Shown: piece after piece, positions 9,153 to 18,923 of the stretch
How positions within the stretch are numbered: position 1 is the first letter of the stretch
Layout: every line of letters starts with the position of its first letter
NCBI GenBank assembly: GCA_965203175.1
Contig: OZ241867.1
Location: 608,001 to 672,000 of the forward strand
Length of the DNA stretch: 64,000 nt
Source of the DNA: Candidatus Latescibacterota bacterium
GTDB taxonomy: Bacteria; Latescibacterota; UBA2968; UBA8231
Reading direction: 5' to 3'
The notes under the pieces: generated by a model
Seen by the model: the letters and a program-made list of their open reading frames with translations, nothing else
Databases searched by the model: none
Told to the model about the DNA's origin: nothing
Position numbers and translations under genes: made by a program

Positions 9153-9962
9153 TTGATGATAAAAAAAAGCAATTTGGGATTTGTGGGTACCGGTAACATG
9201 GGACGGGCGCTGATTGAAGGTTTGGTTGGCCAGCTTCCTTCAAGTCAGATAACAGCGGCCGACATCAGGCCGGAAGCTCTCGAAGGCTTGTCGGCGTTGG
9301 GCGTCCACACTAGTACCGACTCGGCAGATGCGGTCCGCGGTCAGGACTTGGTCGTGTTGGTGCTCAAGCCACAAGTGGCCGCTCCAGTATTGAAGGCGCT
9401 GGCCGCGCATTTCAGCACCCAGCAGATCGTCGTCTCGCTCATGGCTGGCGTATCGACTGCCCAGCTCGAAGAGCTACTGCCTGCGCAAATGCCCGTGGTG
9501 CGCGTCATGCCGCAAACGCTAGTGAGGATTAGGGGTGCGGCTTGCGCCCTCTGCGCTGGTCGCGCTGCCAGCGCAGAGCAGGTGGCGCAAGTGCGGTCTC
9601 TCTTCGACTTGGTTGGCACGACAGTCGAGGTCGCCGAAAGTCTCATGGACGCCGTTACGGGGCTTTCCGGCAGCGGCCCGGCTTGGGCTTACACTGTCGT
9701 CGAGGCGCTCACTGACGGCGGCGTGCGCGCTGGCCTGCCGCGCGAAACCGCATTAACACTGGCCGCCCAAACCCTGCTCGGTGCCGCGCGCCTCGTGCTC
9801 GAAAGCGGCGAGCATCCGGCCGTGCTTAGGGACCAAGTCACCTCGCCAGGCGGGACTACGGTCGCCGGATTGCACAAGCTAGAAGAGAAGGGCCTGCGCG
9901 ACGCCCTGATTAGCGCCGTGCTAGCCGCGACTGAGCGCTCCGCCGAGTTGGGGCAATCGTGA
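9153..9962 (+). CDS. proC: Pyrroline-5-carboxylate reductase
   Basis: GFVGTGNMG, VVRVMP, DAVTGLSGSGPA, LRDQVTSPGGTT; start may be the ATG at 9156. Confidence 0.96.
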   Translation: MMIKKSNLGFVGTGNMGRALIEGLVGQLPSSQITAADIRPEALEGLSALGVHTSTDSADAVRGQDLVVLVLKPQVAAPVLKALAAHFSTQQIVVSLMAGVSTAQLEELLPAQMPVVRVMPQTLVRIRGAACALCAGRAASAEQVAQVRSLFDLVGTTVEVAESLMDAVTGLSGSGPAWAYTVVEALTDGGVRAGLPRETALTLAAQTLLGAARLVLESGEHPAVLRDQVTSPGGTTVAGLHKLEEKGLRDALISAVLAATERSAELGQS

Positions 9963-10561
9963 TTGCAGTCATCGACTACGGCATGGGCAATCTGCGCAGC
10001 GTGCAAAAAGCCTTCGAGTTCCTTGGCTATGAAGCCGAGATCGTCGAAGACCCCGAGCGCCTAAGTGCAGCCACACATCTCGTATTGCCCGGCGACGCGG
10101 CCTTTGGCGATGCCATGCACAACTTGCAGGTCGCCGGTTGGGACACAGCCATCGCCGAGGGGCTCGCGGCCGCCAAGCCCTTCTTGGGCATCTGCGTGGG
10201 GCTACAACTCATGTTCGAGGAAAGTGAAGAAATGGGGACGCATCGCGGCCTCGGAATCCTGCCGGGCAAATGCGTGCGTTTCCCTCCTACCGAGCGAGTG
10301 CCGCAGATCGGCTGGAACCAAATCGCCATCAAGCGCAAAGTGTCGCTTTTAGAGGGCGTACCCGAAGGAAGTTTTTTTTATTTTGTACATTCGTACTATG
10401 TAGTAAACGAAAACAAAGACGACTGCGTCGCCACGACCGACTACGGGATTGACTACACTTCAGTCGCCGGGAACGACCGCGTCTTTGGCGTACAATTCCA
10501 TCCCGAAAAGAGCCAAGTTCACGGCTTGCGCCTTCTCGACAACTTCGCGCGCCTAGGCTGA
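9959..10561 (+). CDS. hisH: Imidazole glycerol phosphate synthase glutaminase subunit
   Basis: IDYGMGNLRSV, GICVGLQ, YFVHSY, QFHPEKS. Confidence 0.97.
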   Translation: MIAVIDYGMGNLRSVQKAFEFLGYEAEIVEDPERLSAATHLVLPGDAAFGDAMHNLQVAGWDTAIAEGLAAAKPFLGICVGLQLMFEESEEMGTHRGLGILPGKCVRFPPTERVPQIGWNQIAIKRKVSLLEGVPEGSFFYFVHSYYVVNENKDDCVATTDYGIDYTSVAGNDRVFGVQFHPEKSQVHGLRLLDNFARLG

Positions 10562-10568
10562 AGAGATT

Positions 10569-11342
10569 ATGCTCGCCAAGCGAATCATTCCCTGTCTAGA
10601 TGTCAAAAATGGCCGCAACGTACGCGGGGTGCGCTTTTCGGCTGACCGCGACGCCGGCGATCCTGTTGAGCTAGCCGCGCGCTACGACGCCGAAGGCGCA
10701 GACGAGCTTGTCTTCTACGACATCACTGCTTCAGCCGATGGCCGCGCCATCGTCATGGACCTCGTGCGCCAAGTCTCCGAGCGAGTATTCATTCCGCTAA
10801 TGGTCGGCGGCGGTATTCGCACCTTCGCGGACGTACGCCACATTCTCAAAACTGGTGCCGACAAGGTCTCGATCAATTCGGCCCATGTGTATTCGCCGGA
10901 AATCATCAACCAAAGCGCGGAGAGTTTCGGCTCGCAGTGCATTGTTGCGGCTATCGACGCGCTCAGGCGTCCAACCGTACCCGACGAGCCGCCATCGTGG
11001 GAGCTGTACATCAACGGCGGGCGCAAGGCCACTGGCATCGACGCTTTAGAGTGGGTGGAGGCCCTCGTCGATCGCGGAGCGGGCGAGTTGGTGCTCAACA
11101 GCATCGACGCCGACGGGACGCGCGCTGGGTACGACCTCGCGCTAAACCAAGCAGTGGCGCGCCGCGTGGATGTACCCATTGTCGCCTCGGGCGGTGCCGG
11201 CAACCTCGACCACATCCACGAGGTGTTGACCACGGGCGAGGCTAGTGCCGCGTTGGCGGCCTCCATCTTTCACTTCCAGCATTACTCGATTCCCGAAGTC
11301 AAAAGTTTTCTGCGCGAGCGCGGGGTAATGGTGCGCCAGTGA
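10569..11342 (+). CDS. hisF: Imidazole glycerol phosphate synthase cyclase subunit
   Basis: MLAKRIIPCLDV, GADELVFYDITAS, GADKVSINS, ASGGAG, ALAASIFH. Confidence 0.97.
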   Translation: MLAKRIIPCLDVKNGRNVRGVRFSADRDAGDPVELAARYDAEGADELVFYDITASADGRAIVMDLVRQVSERVFIPLMVGGGIRTFADVRHILKTGADKVSINSAHVYSPEIINQSAESFGSQCIVAAIDALRRPTVPDEPPSWELYINGGRKATGIDALEWVEALVDRGAGELVLNSIDADGTRAGYDLALNQAVARRVDVPIVASGGAGNLDHIHEVLTTGEASAALAASIFHFQHYSIPEVKSFLRERGVMVRQ

Positions 11343-12484
11343 CCGAAGCAAGCGAAGTGTCGCGGCAGGCCCTGATGAGCCAGGTGCAGCGGCTGGTAGT
11401 CAAGATCGGCAGCAGCGCCCTGACCACGCAGAGCCACAAGCTCGACGATGGGGTCGTCACCCAGCTCGTCGAAGATGTAGTCGAACTGCGCTCACAGGGA
11501 TTGGAAGTGGCGATCGTCACCTCGGGAGCGGTGGCCGCGGGCATGGGGCAGATGGAGTTGGACAAACGCCCAGACAACATCGCCCAACTACAAGCCCTCG
11601 CGGCCATCGGCCAAGTCCTGTTGATGGATATCTACAAGGACAAGTTCCGCCGCCAAGGCGTGCCCATCGGCCAAGTGCTCTTAACTGCCGAGGACATCCT
11701 CGGCGACCGCTATCGCTACGTAAACCTCGAAAACACCTTTCGCAATCTCTTTGCCTATGGGGCCATACCCCTAATCAACGAAAACGACAGCGTCGCCGTT
11801 GCTGAGCTCCGGCGCCAGATCGGGGAAAACGACATGCTCGCCGCTTATGTAACGAACCTGATCCGGGCGGATATGCTGGTCATTTTCTCGGATGTCGAGG
11901 GGCTTTACGACTCCTTTGGCCCGCGTGGCCCCGAAGGCAAGCTAGTGACCCAAGTGACCCAAGACATCCTCGACCCAGAGGAAATGATTGGCCGCTCGCT
12001 TGATGGGCGCGGCAGTGGCGGCATGGCGACCAAACTGCGGGCCGCTCGGCTCTTGATGGCCTGCGGCGAAATGGCGGTCATCGCGCACGGGCGCAAACAC
12101 CAATTGCGCCACATCCTCGCTGGCCGCGAGCAGGGGACGCTCTTTATGCCGACTGGTCGCAAGCTCAATAGCCGACATCGCTGGATCGGCTTTGCCAGCC
12201 AGTGTCGCGGCAGCGCAGTGATTGACCGCGGTGCCCAACGCGCCATCGCCGAACAGGACAAAAGCCTGCTCCCGGTGGGGGTCGTCTCCTGCGAGGGCGA
12301 GTTTGCCGCTGGCGACGTAGTGCAGGTGATCGGCGAGCGCGGTGAGAAGCTGGGGCGGGGCTTGTGCCGTTACTCCTCCTCTGAACTGCGCCGCATATTG
12401 GGTATGAGCTCGCCCGAAGTTACAAGCGCACTAGGCCGCCCCGCCCAAGAGGTCATCCATCGCGACGACCTCGTCTTATTCTAA
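11339..12484 (+). CDS. proB: Glutamate 5-kinase with PUA domain
   Basis: VVKIGSSALT, VTSGAVAAG, INENDSV, GSGGMATKL, KSLLPVGV, HRDDLV. Confidence 0.96.
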   Translation: MTEASEVSRQALMSQVQRLVVKIGSSALTTQSHKLDDGVVTQLVEDVVELRSQGLEVAIVTSGAVAAGMGQMELDKRPDNIAQLQALAAIGQVLLMDIYKDKFRRQGVPIGQVLLTAEDILGDRYRYVNLENTFRNLFAYGAIPLINENDSVAVAELRRQIGENDMLAAYVTNLIRADMLVIFSDVEGLYDSFGPRGPEGKLVTQVTQDILDPEEMIGRSLDGRGSGGMATKLRAARLLMACGEMAVIAHGRKHQLRHILAGREQGTLFMPTGRKLNSRHRWIGFASQCRGSAVIDRGAQRAIAEQDKSLLPVGVVSCEGEFAAGDVVQVIGERGEKLGRGLCRYSSSELRRILGMSSPEVTSALGRPAQEVIHRDDLVLF

Positions 12485-12491
12485 AATCGAC

Positions 12492-12773
12492 GTGACTAAA
12501 ACGGCTAAGATCTTGCTGATCGCCTTCCTCGCTCTGGTGGCGTACATAGCCTTTGGCAACGGGCTGTTCTACAAGGTGTGGGAGGAAGAAAAGACCCTAA
12601 TGGAACTCAAAGCGCAGGTGCAACAACTAGAAGCCGAAACCGATAGCTTGCGCCGAGTGCTAAAACTGCTCGAAAGCGACATAGATTTTATCGAAAAAGT
12701 CGCGCGCGAAGATCTCGGCTTGGTCAAACCGGGCGAGGTAGTCATCCCCCTGCCTGCGGAAGAAGGCGAGTGA
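12492..12773 (+). CDS. ftsB: Septum formation initiator (FtsB/DivIC)
   Basis: One TM segment, coiled coil, IEKVAREDLGLVKPGE. Confidence 0.85.
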   Translation: MTKTAKILLIAFLALVAYIAFGNGLFYKVWEEEKTLMELKAQVQQLEAETDSLRRVLKLLESDIDFIEKVAREDLGLVKPGEVVIPLPAEEGE

Positions 12774-12777
12774 CGCC

Positions 12778-13557
12778 GTGCCGCGCACTATCGTCAAAAC
12801 GCGCGCCATCGTACTGCGCACCATGCGCATGGGCGAGACCAGCAGCCTAGTGACGTTATACGCTCAGGAGTGCGGCAAACTCAAGGCCATGGCTCGGGGT
12901 GCCCGCAAACCCAAGAGCCGGTTCGGTGCCGCGCTCGGCCTGATGACCGAGGTCCAAGCCATCTGCTACGTCAAAGAAACCCGCGATCTGCAAACCCTGA
13001 GCGAATGCACTCTGCTCAAACCAGCACCCGACTTATCGCAAAGCCTAGAGCGACTTTCCTTTGGCAGCGCCGCCTGCGAACTAGTCGACCGCCTGACGAT
13101 CGAGGGGGAAAACAATCCCCGACTCTACCAGTGTCTATCTGGGATATTGCACGGCCTTGCCGAGGTAGAGCCAGAACAGGTCGAATCGCTGTTCTGGTAC
13201 TTCCAACTGCGCGCCGTCGCAGCCCTCGGCTACCGTCCAGAGTTGCGCCAGTGCATTACCTGCCAACGCGAACTAGTCGGCTCCTCGTCGTGGTTCAGCG
13301 CAGCCCTAGGGGGCGGCCTGTGCTCCGCCTGCGGCCCTGGGAATGGAGTGCGCTTAGCCCAGCACAGCTTGCACTTTCTCGCCGTCCTCCAGGGGCTTAG
13401 AACCTACAGCAAGGATGCTCTCCCCCAAGCCCCTGCTCAGCGCGGCGAGATCCGCATGGCTTTGCGCAGTTTTTTAGAGTACCACGGGGGCGAGCACAGC
13501 CGACTTAAATCGCTCGACTTTCTCGATGGCCTCAACAGGGCCGCCTTACCCGCCTAA
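12778..13557 (+). CDS. recO: DNA repair protein RecO
   Basis: AIVLR..GETS, ARGARKPKSRF, GYRPEL..CITC and GGLCSAC zinc finger. Confidence 0.95.
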   Translation: MPRTIVKTRAIVLRTMRMGETSSLVTLYAQECGKLKAMARGARKPKSRFGAALGLMTEVQAICYVKETRDLQTLSECTLLKPAPDLSQSLERLSFGSAACELVDRLTIEGENNPRLYQCLSGILHGLAEVEPEQVESLFWYFQLRAVAALGYRPELRQCITCQRELVGSSSWFSAALGGGLCSACGPGNGVRLAQHSLHFLAVLQGLRTYSKDALPQAPAQRGEIRMALRSFLEYHGGEHSRLKSLDFLDGLNRAALPA

Positions 13558-13573
13558 CTTACTGGAGATTTTC

Positions 13574-14947
13574 ATGTCCGACGATGCAATGGAAAAACTA
13601 GTATCCCTGTGTAAACGCAAAGGCTTCATCTTCCAAAGCTCGGAAATCTACGGCGGCCTCAATGGCTGCTGGGATTACGGCCCTTTGGGCGTCGAGCTGT
13701 TGCGCAACATCAAAGAGGTCTGGTGGAAGGCCATGACCTACCGCGAGGACGTGGAGGGCATCGACGCCAGCATCCTCATGAATCAGCGGGTGTGGGAGGC
13801 ATCGGGCCACGTCGATAGCTTTACCGACCCCATGGTCGAAGATCGCAAGACCAACGAGCGCTTTCGGCTCGACCAACTCCTCGAAGAAAACGGCATCGAC
13901 GTAGCGGGCCTGAGCGCCGAGGAGATGGGCACACTGCTGCGCGAGCGCAACATTAAAAGCCCCAAAGGCAACGAATTGAGCGACCCCCGGCAATTCAACC
14001 TGATGTTCAAGACCTTCGTCGGCCCGCTCGAAGACGACAGTGCGCGCGTCTTTCTCCGCCCGGAGACGGCCCAAGGCATTTTCGTCAACTACCTCAACGT
14101 GCAGGCGGCGACGCGCCAAAAGCTGCCTTTCGGTATCGCCCAGATCGGCAAGGCATTCCGCAACGAGATCAACACCAAGAACTTCCTCTTTCGCACTCGC
14201 GAATTCGAGCAGATGGAGATGCAGTACTTCGTCGCGCCCGGCACCCAAGACGAGTGGTTTGACTATTGGCGCGAGGAGCGCTGGAAGTGGTTCGCGCAAA
14301 TCGGTCTGCCCGACCGCAAGCTGAGCTGGCACGAACACCAAGGCGACGAACTAGCCCACTATGCCCGCGCCGCCTTCGACATCCAGTACGAGTTCCCCTT
14401 TGGCCCGGGCGAAATCGAGGGCATCCACAATCGCAGCGACTACGACTTGTCGCAGCACGAAGCATTTTCGGGCAAACAGCTCAAGTACTTCGACGAGGAG
14501 CAGCGCACAAAGTTCGTGCCCTACGTAGTAGAGACCTCAATAGGAGCCAGCCGCACGCTAATGGCCTGCTTAGTCGAAGCATATCACGAGGAAGAGGTCA
14601 AGGGCGAGACGCGGGTAGTAATGCGCTTTCACCCGCGCATCGCGCCGATCAAAGCGGCGGTATTGCCCCTCGTCAAACGCGACGGCATGCCCGCTATCGC
14701 CCGGCAAATCACCGAGGACCTCCGGCCTTACATGCGGGTTTTCTACGACGAGGGCGGCGCGATCGGCCGCCGCTACCGGCGCATGGACGAGGTGGGGACG
14801 CCGTTTTGCCTAACGGTTGATTCGGACACCTTAGAGGACCAGACTGTCACCGTGCGCGCTCGCGACACCATGGCCCAAGAGCGGGTGCCCATAGCTGAGT
14901 TGCGCACCCACCTTGAGAGTAGCATGGACGCTTGGCAAATCCCTTGA
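13574..14947 (+). CDS. glyQS: Glycine-tRNA ligase, alpha2 (homodimeric) type
   Basis: KRKGFIFQSSEIYGG, LRPETAQGIF, FRTREFEQME, IGRRYRRMDEVGTP; ATG at 13574 after GGAG. Confidence 0.97.
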   Translation: MSDDAMEKLVSLCKRKGFIFQSSEIYGGLNGCWDYGPLGVELLRNIKEVWWKAMTYREDVEGIDASILMNQRVWEASGHVDSFTDPMVEDRKTNERFRLDQLLEENGIDVAGLSAEEMGTLLRERNIKSPKGNELSDPRQFNLMFKTFVGPLEDDSARVFLRPETAQGIFVNYLNVQAATRQKLPFGIAQIGKAFRNEINTKNFLFRTREFEQMEMQYFVAPGTQDEWFDYWREERWKWFAQIGLPDRKLSWHEHQGDELAHYARAAFDIQYEFPFGPGEIEGIHNRSDYDLSQHEAFSGKQLKYFDEEQRTKFVPYVVETSIGASRTLMACLVEAYHEEEVKGETRVVMRFHPRIAPIKAAVLPLVKRDGMPAIARQITEDLRPYMRVFYDEGGAIGRRYRRMDEVGTPFCLTVDSDTLEDQTVTVRARDTMAQERVPIAELRTHLESSMDAWQIP

Positions 14948-14973
14948 CCCGGTAGTATAAATCCTGATATTAT
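14944..14973 (+). promoter_or_regulatory. Putative sigma70/extended -10 promoter for tRNA-Leu-tig
   Basis: TTGACC, 18-nt spacer, TATTAT preceded by TGn. Confidence 0.4.
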
Positions 14974-15040
14974 CCTTCGCGCTTGGGATATAATTCTCCC
15001 TAGTTGCAAATTTTCGCATTGCGACGCTGTATCCGGTATA

Positions 15041-15127
15041 GCGAAAGTGGCGGAACTGGTAGACGCGCTAGATTTAGGATCTAGTGCCCGAAAGGGCATG
15101 GGGGTTCGAGTCCCCCCTTTCGCACCA
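15041..15127 (+). tRNA. tRNA-Leu (anticodon TAG)
   Basis: Acceptor stem GCGAAAG/CTTTCGC, D-arm TGGCGGAACTGGTAGACGCG, anticodon arm CTAGA-TTTAGGA-TCTAG, long variable arm GCCC-GAAA-GGGC, GGTTCGAGTCC, encoded CCA. Confidence 0.98.
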
Positions 15128-15190
15128 TAAATAGACGAGCGCACTGCCTGCAATTTGGTAGTGCGTCATAGCCTTGTAGGATTGCGTTTC

Positions 15191-16435
15191 GTGAAGACTC
15201 AGGTCACAGAGAAGGGTCAGTGGGCGCGCGAGCTAGCCGTTGAAGTCGAGGCCGCGCGCATCGACTCCGCCGTCAATAAAGCACTGCGTCGCTACCAAAA
15301 GCGGCTGGAGATCCCAGGCTTCCGCAAGGGCAAAGTGCCGCTCAGGATCGTCGAGGCACGCTTCGGCAGTTCCATCCGCGGCGAAGTCCTCGGCGATCTC
15401 CTCCCCTCGCTGCTAGAAGAGGCCGCGCGCGAGGCGGGCCTGCGACCGGCCGCACCACCCAAAATCTCCCAACTCGACCACGAGCCAGGGGGAAGCCTAA
15501 CTTTTACGGCGGATCTCGACATCTGGCCCGAGATCGAAGCCGAGCACTACGAAAACCTCGCCGCCACCCGCATGGTGCACGAGGTGGCCGACGAGGAAAT
15601 CGGCGAACACTTAGAGGAACTGCGCCGCCGCCACGCCACCGAACAAGTCGTCGAGCGGCCGCTGGCCGAAGGCGATGTGCTCGTCGCGGATTTGCAGCGC
15701 CTCGACGAGAGCGGCTTGCCCGTCATTGGCGACAAGTACGAGAAACGCCACATCCTCATCGGCGACGAGAATGCCCTCAGCCCTGAGTTTGAAGAGGCTC
15801 TCGTCGGCATGAGTGCTGGCGAAGAGCGCAAGGTCCGCTTCGCCTACCGCGAGGACCTACCTAACGAACAGCTCGCCGGCCAGACCGCGCATTTCGCGGT
15901 GGCAGCCCACGAAGTGCGCGAGCGCACTTTGCCCGAACTCGACGATGAGTTCGCCAAAGACCTCGGCGAACAGTTCCAGACCCTCGACGACTTGCGCCAG
16001 CACCTCAGCGGGCAAATCCAAGAGCGCTGGGAATACATGGCCCAGCAGCGCCTGCGCAGCGAGTTGATCAGCCAGCTCATCCTAAAAAACGACTTCGAAC
16101 TGCCCGAAAGCATGGTAGAGAACTACCTCCACTCACTCGAGCGAGAGCAGGCCGGTCACGACCGCGACCGCGACCCCGACCCCGACCGCAGCCACAGCGA
16201 CGAAGAACGCGCCCAAGCCACGCGCCAACTCAAGAGCTATCTACTGCTCGAAAGCGTGCGCCAACAAGCAGGAGTCGAAGTAACGGACGCGGAGTTTGCC
16301 CAATTCGCCGCCGAGCGTGCCGGCGGCCAACCTGCCGACTTGCAGAACGCGGAAGGGTTGCGGCGCGAACTGGAAGACCAAAAGGTTTTTGATTTGCTCA
16401 TCGCCAAAGCTGACATCAAAGAAGAAAAGGTATAA
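15191..16435 (+). CDS. tig: Trigger factor
   Basis: [10 protein letters not shown] ribosome-binding motif, [10 protein letters not shown]; located before clpP-clpX; GTG at 15191. Confidence 0.96.
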   Translation: MKTQVTEKGQWARELAVEVEAARIDSAVNKALRRYQKRLEIPGFRKGKVPLRIVEARFGSSIRGEVLGDLLPSLLEEAAREAGLRPAAPPKISQLDHEPGGSLTFTADLDIWPEIEAEHYENLAATRMVHEVADEEIGEHLEELRRRHATEQVVERPLAEGDVLVADLQRLDESGLPVIGDKYEKRHILIGDENALSPEFEEALVGMSAGEERKVRFAYREDLPNEQLAGQTAHFAVAAHEVRERTLPELDDEFAKDLGEQFQTLDDLRQHLSGQIQERWEYMAQQRLRSELISQLILKNDFELPESMVENYLHSLEREQAGHDRDRDPDPDRSHSDEERAQATRQLKSYLLLESVRQQAGVEVTDAEFAQFAAERAGGQPADLQNAEGLRRELEDQKVFDLLIAKADIKEEKV

Positions 16436-16437
16436 TC

Positions 16438-17046
16438 ATGTCGCTGATTCCAATGGTCATCGAACAGACGGGCCGGGGCGAACGCTCATACGACATTTAC
16501 TCGCGGCTGCTCAAGGACCGCATCATCTTCGTGGGCACTCCGATCAACGACGCGATTGCCAACCTCGTTATCGCCCAGATGCTCTTTCTCGCTTCTGAAG
16601 ATCCCAAAAAGGACATCGCGCTCTATCTCAATACCCCCGGCGGGCTAGTCTCGGCGGGCATGGCCATCTACGATACCATGCAATACGTGGCCGCCGACAT
16701 ATCCACGATCTGCATCGGCCAAGCATCCAGTATGGGAGCCGTGCTATTGGCCGGCGGCACCAAGGGCAAGCGCCAAGCCCTACCCAACGCCCGCGTCTTG
16801 CTGCACCAGCCCATGGGGGGGATCGGCGGTCAAGCGGCCGATATGGAAATCCACGCCCGCGAGATCATCGCCATGCGCCAGCAGATCAACGAGGTCCTAG
16901 TCGATTGCACCGGGCAGCCACTAGAGCGCATTGAGCTCGACACCGAGCGCGACTTCTTCATGTCGGCCGCAGCAGCCGTCGAATACGGCATCATCGACGA
17001 GATCATCGCTCCATCTCGCGTCGAGGTAGCCCCTTCCTCCGTATAG
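16438..17046 (+). CDS. clpP: ATP-dependent Clp protease proteolytic subunit
   Basis: [38 protein letters not shown]. Confidence 0.98.
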   Translation: MSLIPMVIEQTGRGERSYDIYSRLLKDRIIFVGTPINDAIANLVIAQMLFLASEDPKKDIALYLNTPGGLVSAGMAIYDTMQYVAADISTICIGQASSMGAVLLAGGTKGKRQALPNARVLLHQPMGGIGGQAADMEIHAREIIAMRQQINEVLVDCTGQPLERIELDTERDFFMSAAAAVEYGIIDEIIAPSRVEVAPSSV

Positions 17047-17055
17047 GAGCCTATT

Positions 17056-18303
17056 TTGCGCCGTCGGCCCCCCAAAAGCGATCCGCGCTGCTCGTTCTGC
17101 GGGCGCAGTGACAGCCAAGTTGACAAGATCATAACCGGCCCCCAGGTCTATATCTGCAACGAGTGCGTCAAGCTGTGCAACGACGTACTGGCCGAAGAGC
17201 GGCAAAAGACCCTCCCCTGGGAGACCGCAGAGATGCCCAAGCCGGGCCAAATCAAGGATTTTCTCGACGAATACGTGATTGCCCAAGAGCGGGCCAAGAA
17301 AATCCTCGCGGTCGCCGTGTACAACCACTACAAGCGCATTCGCACCAAAGTCGACTTAGACGAGGTGGAGCTCGAAAAAAGCAACGTAATGCTCATCGGC
17401 CCCACTGGCACCGGCAAGACCGAACTGGCCAAAACTCTCGCAAAATTCCTGCAAGTTCCCTTCTCCATTGCCGACGCGACCATTCTCACCGAGGCCGGCT
17501 ACGTGGGCGAGGACGTGGAGAACATCCTCGTAGGCCTTTTGCAAGCAGCCGATTACGATGTGCCCCGCGCCGAAAGGGGCATCCTCTATCTCGACGAGGT
17601 TGACAAGATCGCCCGCAAGAGTGCCACGCCTTCGGTCGGCCGCGACGTGTCGGGCGAAGGCGTGCAGCAAGCACTGCTCAAAATTTTGGAGGGCACCACC
17701 GCCAATATCCCGCCCAAGGGAGGCCGCAAGCACCCTGAACAGCCGATGATCCAGATGGATACCCGCAACATTCTCTTCGTCTGCGGCGGAGCCTTCGAGG
17801 GGCTAGACAAGGTCATCAGCCAACGGGTCGGCAAGCGCACCATGGGCTTTGGAGCCGACGGCGACGAGCGCGACTCCGACGCTCCAGACGTATTGCCGCT
17901 GGTGCAACCCGAAGATCTGCTCGCCTACGGCATGATCCCCGAATTTGTCGGCCGCGTACCGGTCATCACCACCATGGACGCGCTCGCCGAGGACGACTTG
18001 TTCCGCATCCTCACCGAGCCGCACGACGCCATCATCAAGCAGTCTCAGCGGCTCTTCGCCATGGACGGGGTCGAGGTCGAGTTCACCGAAGACGCCCTGC
18101 GCAAGATAGTGGCCCTGACCGTTCACAAGGGCACGGGGGCCCGCGGCCTGCGCTCCGTCCTAGAGCAGGCCATGATGGACATCATGTTCGATATTCCCTC
18201 TCAGAAGGGCGTGACGCGTCTGCAAGTTACGGGCGAGATGATCGAGCGCGGGATTGAGCAGTACAGCAGCGAAGACGAAGAGATACAGCGCAAACGCGCC
18301 TAA
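17056..18303 (+). CDS. clpX: ClpX ATPase
   Basis: CSFCG..CNEC zinc finger, [39 protein letters not shown]. Confidence 0.98.
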   Translation: MRRRPPKSDPRCSFCGRSDSQVDKIITGPQVYICNECVKLCNDVLAEERQKTLPWETAEMPKPGQIKDFLDEYVIAQERAKKILAVAVYNHYKRIRTKVDLDEVELEKSNVMLIGPTGTGKTELAKTLAKFLQVPFSIADATILTEAGYVGEDVENILVGLLQAADYDVPRAERGILYLDEVDKIARKSATPSVGRDVSGEGVQQALLKILEGTTANIPPKGGRKHPEQPMIQMDTRNILFVCGGAFEGLDKVISQRVGKRTMGFGADGDERDSDAPDVLPLVQPEDLLAYGMIPEFVGRVPVITTMDALAEDDLFRILTEPHDAIIKQSQRLFAMDGVEVEFTEDALRKIVALTVHKGTGARGLRSVLEQAMMDIMFDIPSQKGVTRLQVTGEMIERGIEQYSSEDEEIQRKRA

Positions 18304-18320
18304 TCTCCAAACCCCGGCGT

Positions 18321-18914
18321 ATGCGCTTTTCCTCTGTCGAATTCAAAATTGGTGCCGTCCGCACGGCCGATCTGCCCGTGGACGGCTTGCCCGAAATCGC
18401 CTTAGTAGGCCGCTCCAACGTCGGCAAGTCCTCGCTGATCAACAGGTTGGTGCAGCGCAAGAAGCTGGCGCGTACCAGCACGGTACCTGGCAAGACCCAG
18501 CAGTTGAACTACTATCTGGCCAACGAGCAGTTCTACTTGGTTGATCTGCCTGGCTATGGGTATGTGCGCGGCGGCGTGGGCTTGCGCTTACAGCTCGGCC
18601 AACTCATCCGCAGCTACATGGCCAACCGCGAAGCGCTGTGCGCGGTGTTGCAGCTCGTCGATGCCCGGCGCGGCCCCACCGATTTGGATCAGCAGATGAT
18701 CGACCATTTGCGCACCCTCGATAAGCCCTTCCTGCTGGTCTTTACCAAAGCGGATAAACTGTCGCGCAACAAGCTGCAACACCTATTCGACCAGCTCGAT
18801 GCCCAAGGGTCGCTCGCCGGCCTTTCCTTTGTGCCCTTCTCGGCAGTCGATGGCCGCGGGCAGGACGACATTACCGGGTGGATCGCTGAGGCGCTAGTCG
18901 GCAACGCAACCTGA
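18321..18914 (+). CDS. engB: Ribosome biogenesis GTPase EngB/YsxC
   Basis: GRSNVGKSS, PGKT, DLPGYG, TKADK. Confidence 0.96.
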   Translation: MRFSSVEFKIGAVRTADLPVDGLPEIALVGRSNVGKSSLINRLVQRKKLARTSTVPGKTQQLNYYLANEQFYLVDLPGYGYVRGGVGLRLQLGQLIRSYMANREALCAVLQLVDARRGPTDLDQQMIDHLRTLDKPFLLVFTKADKLSRNKLQHLFDQLDAQGSLAGLSFVPFSAVDGRGQDDITGWIAEALVGNAT

Positions 18915-18923
18915 AGAGGACCT

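Noticed and set aside
15041-15190. tRNA-Leu as an island integration site
   Set aside because: It is followed directly by tig-clpP-clpX, a conserved arrangement; no integrase or duplicated tRNA 3' end noticed.
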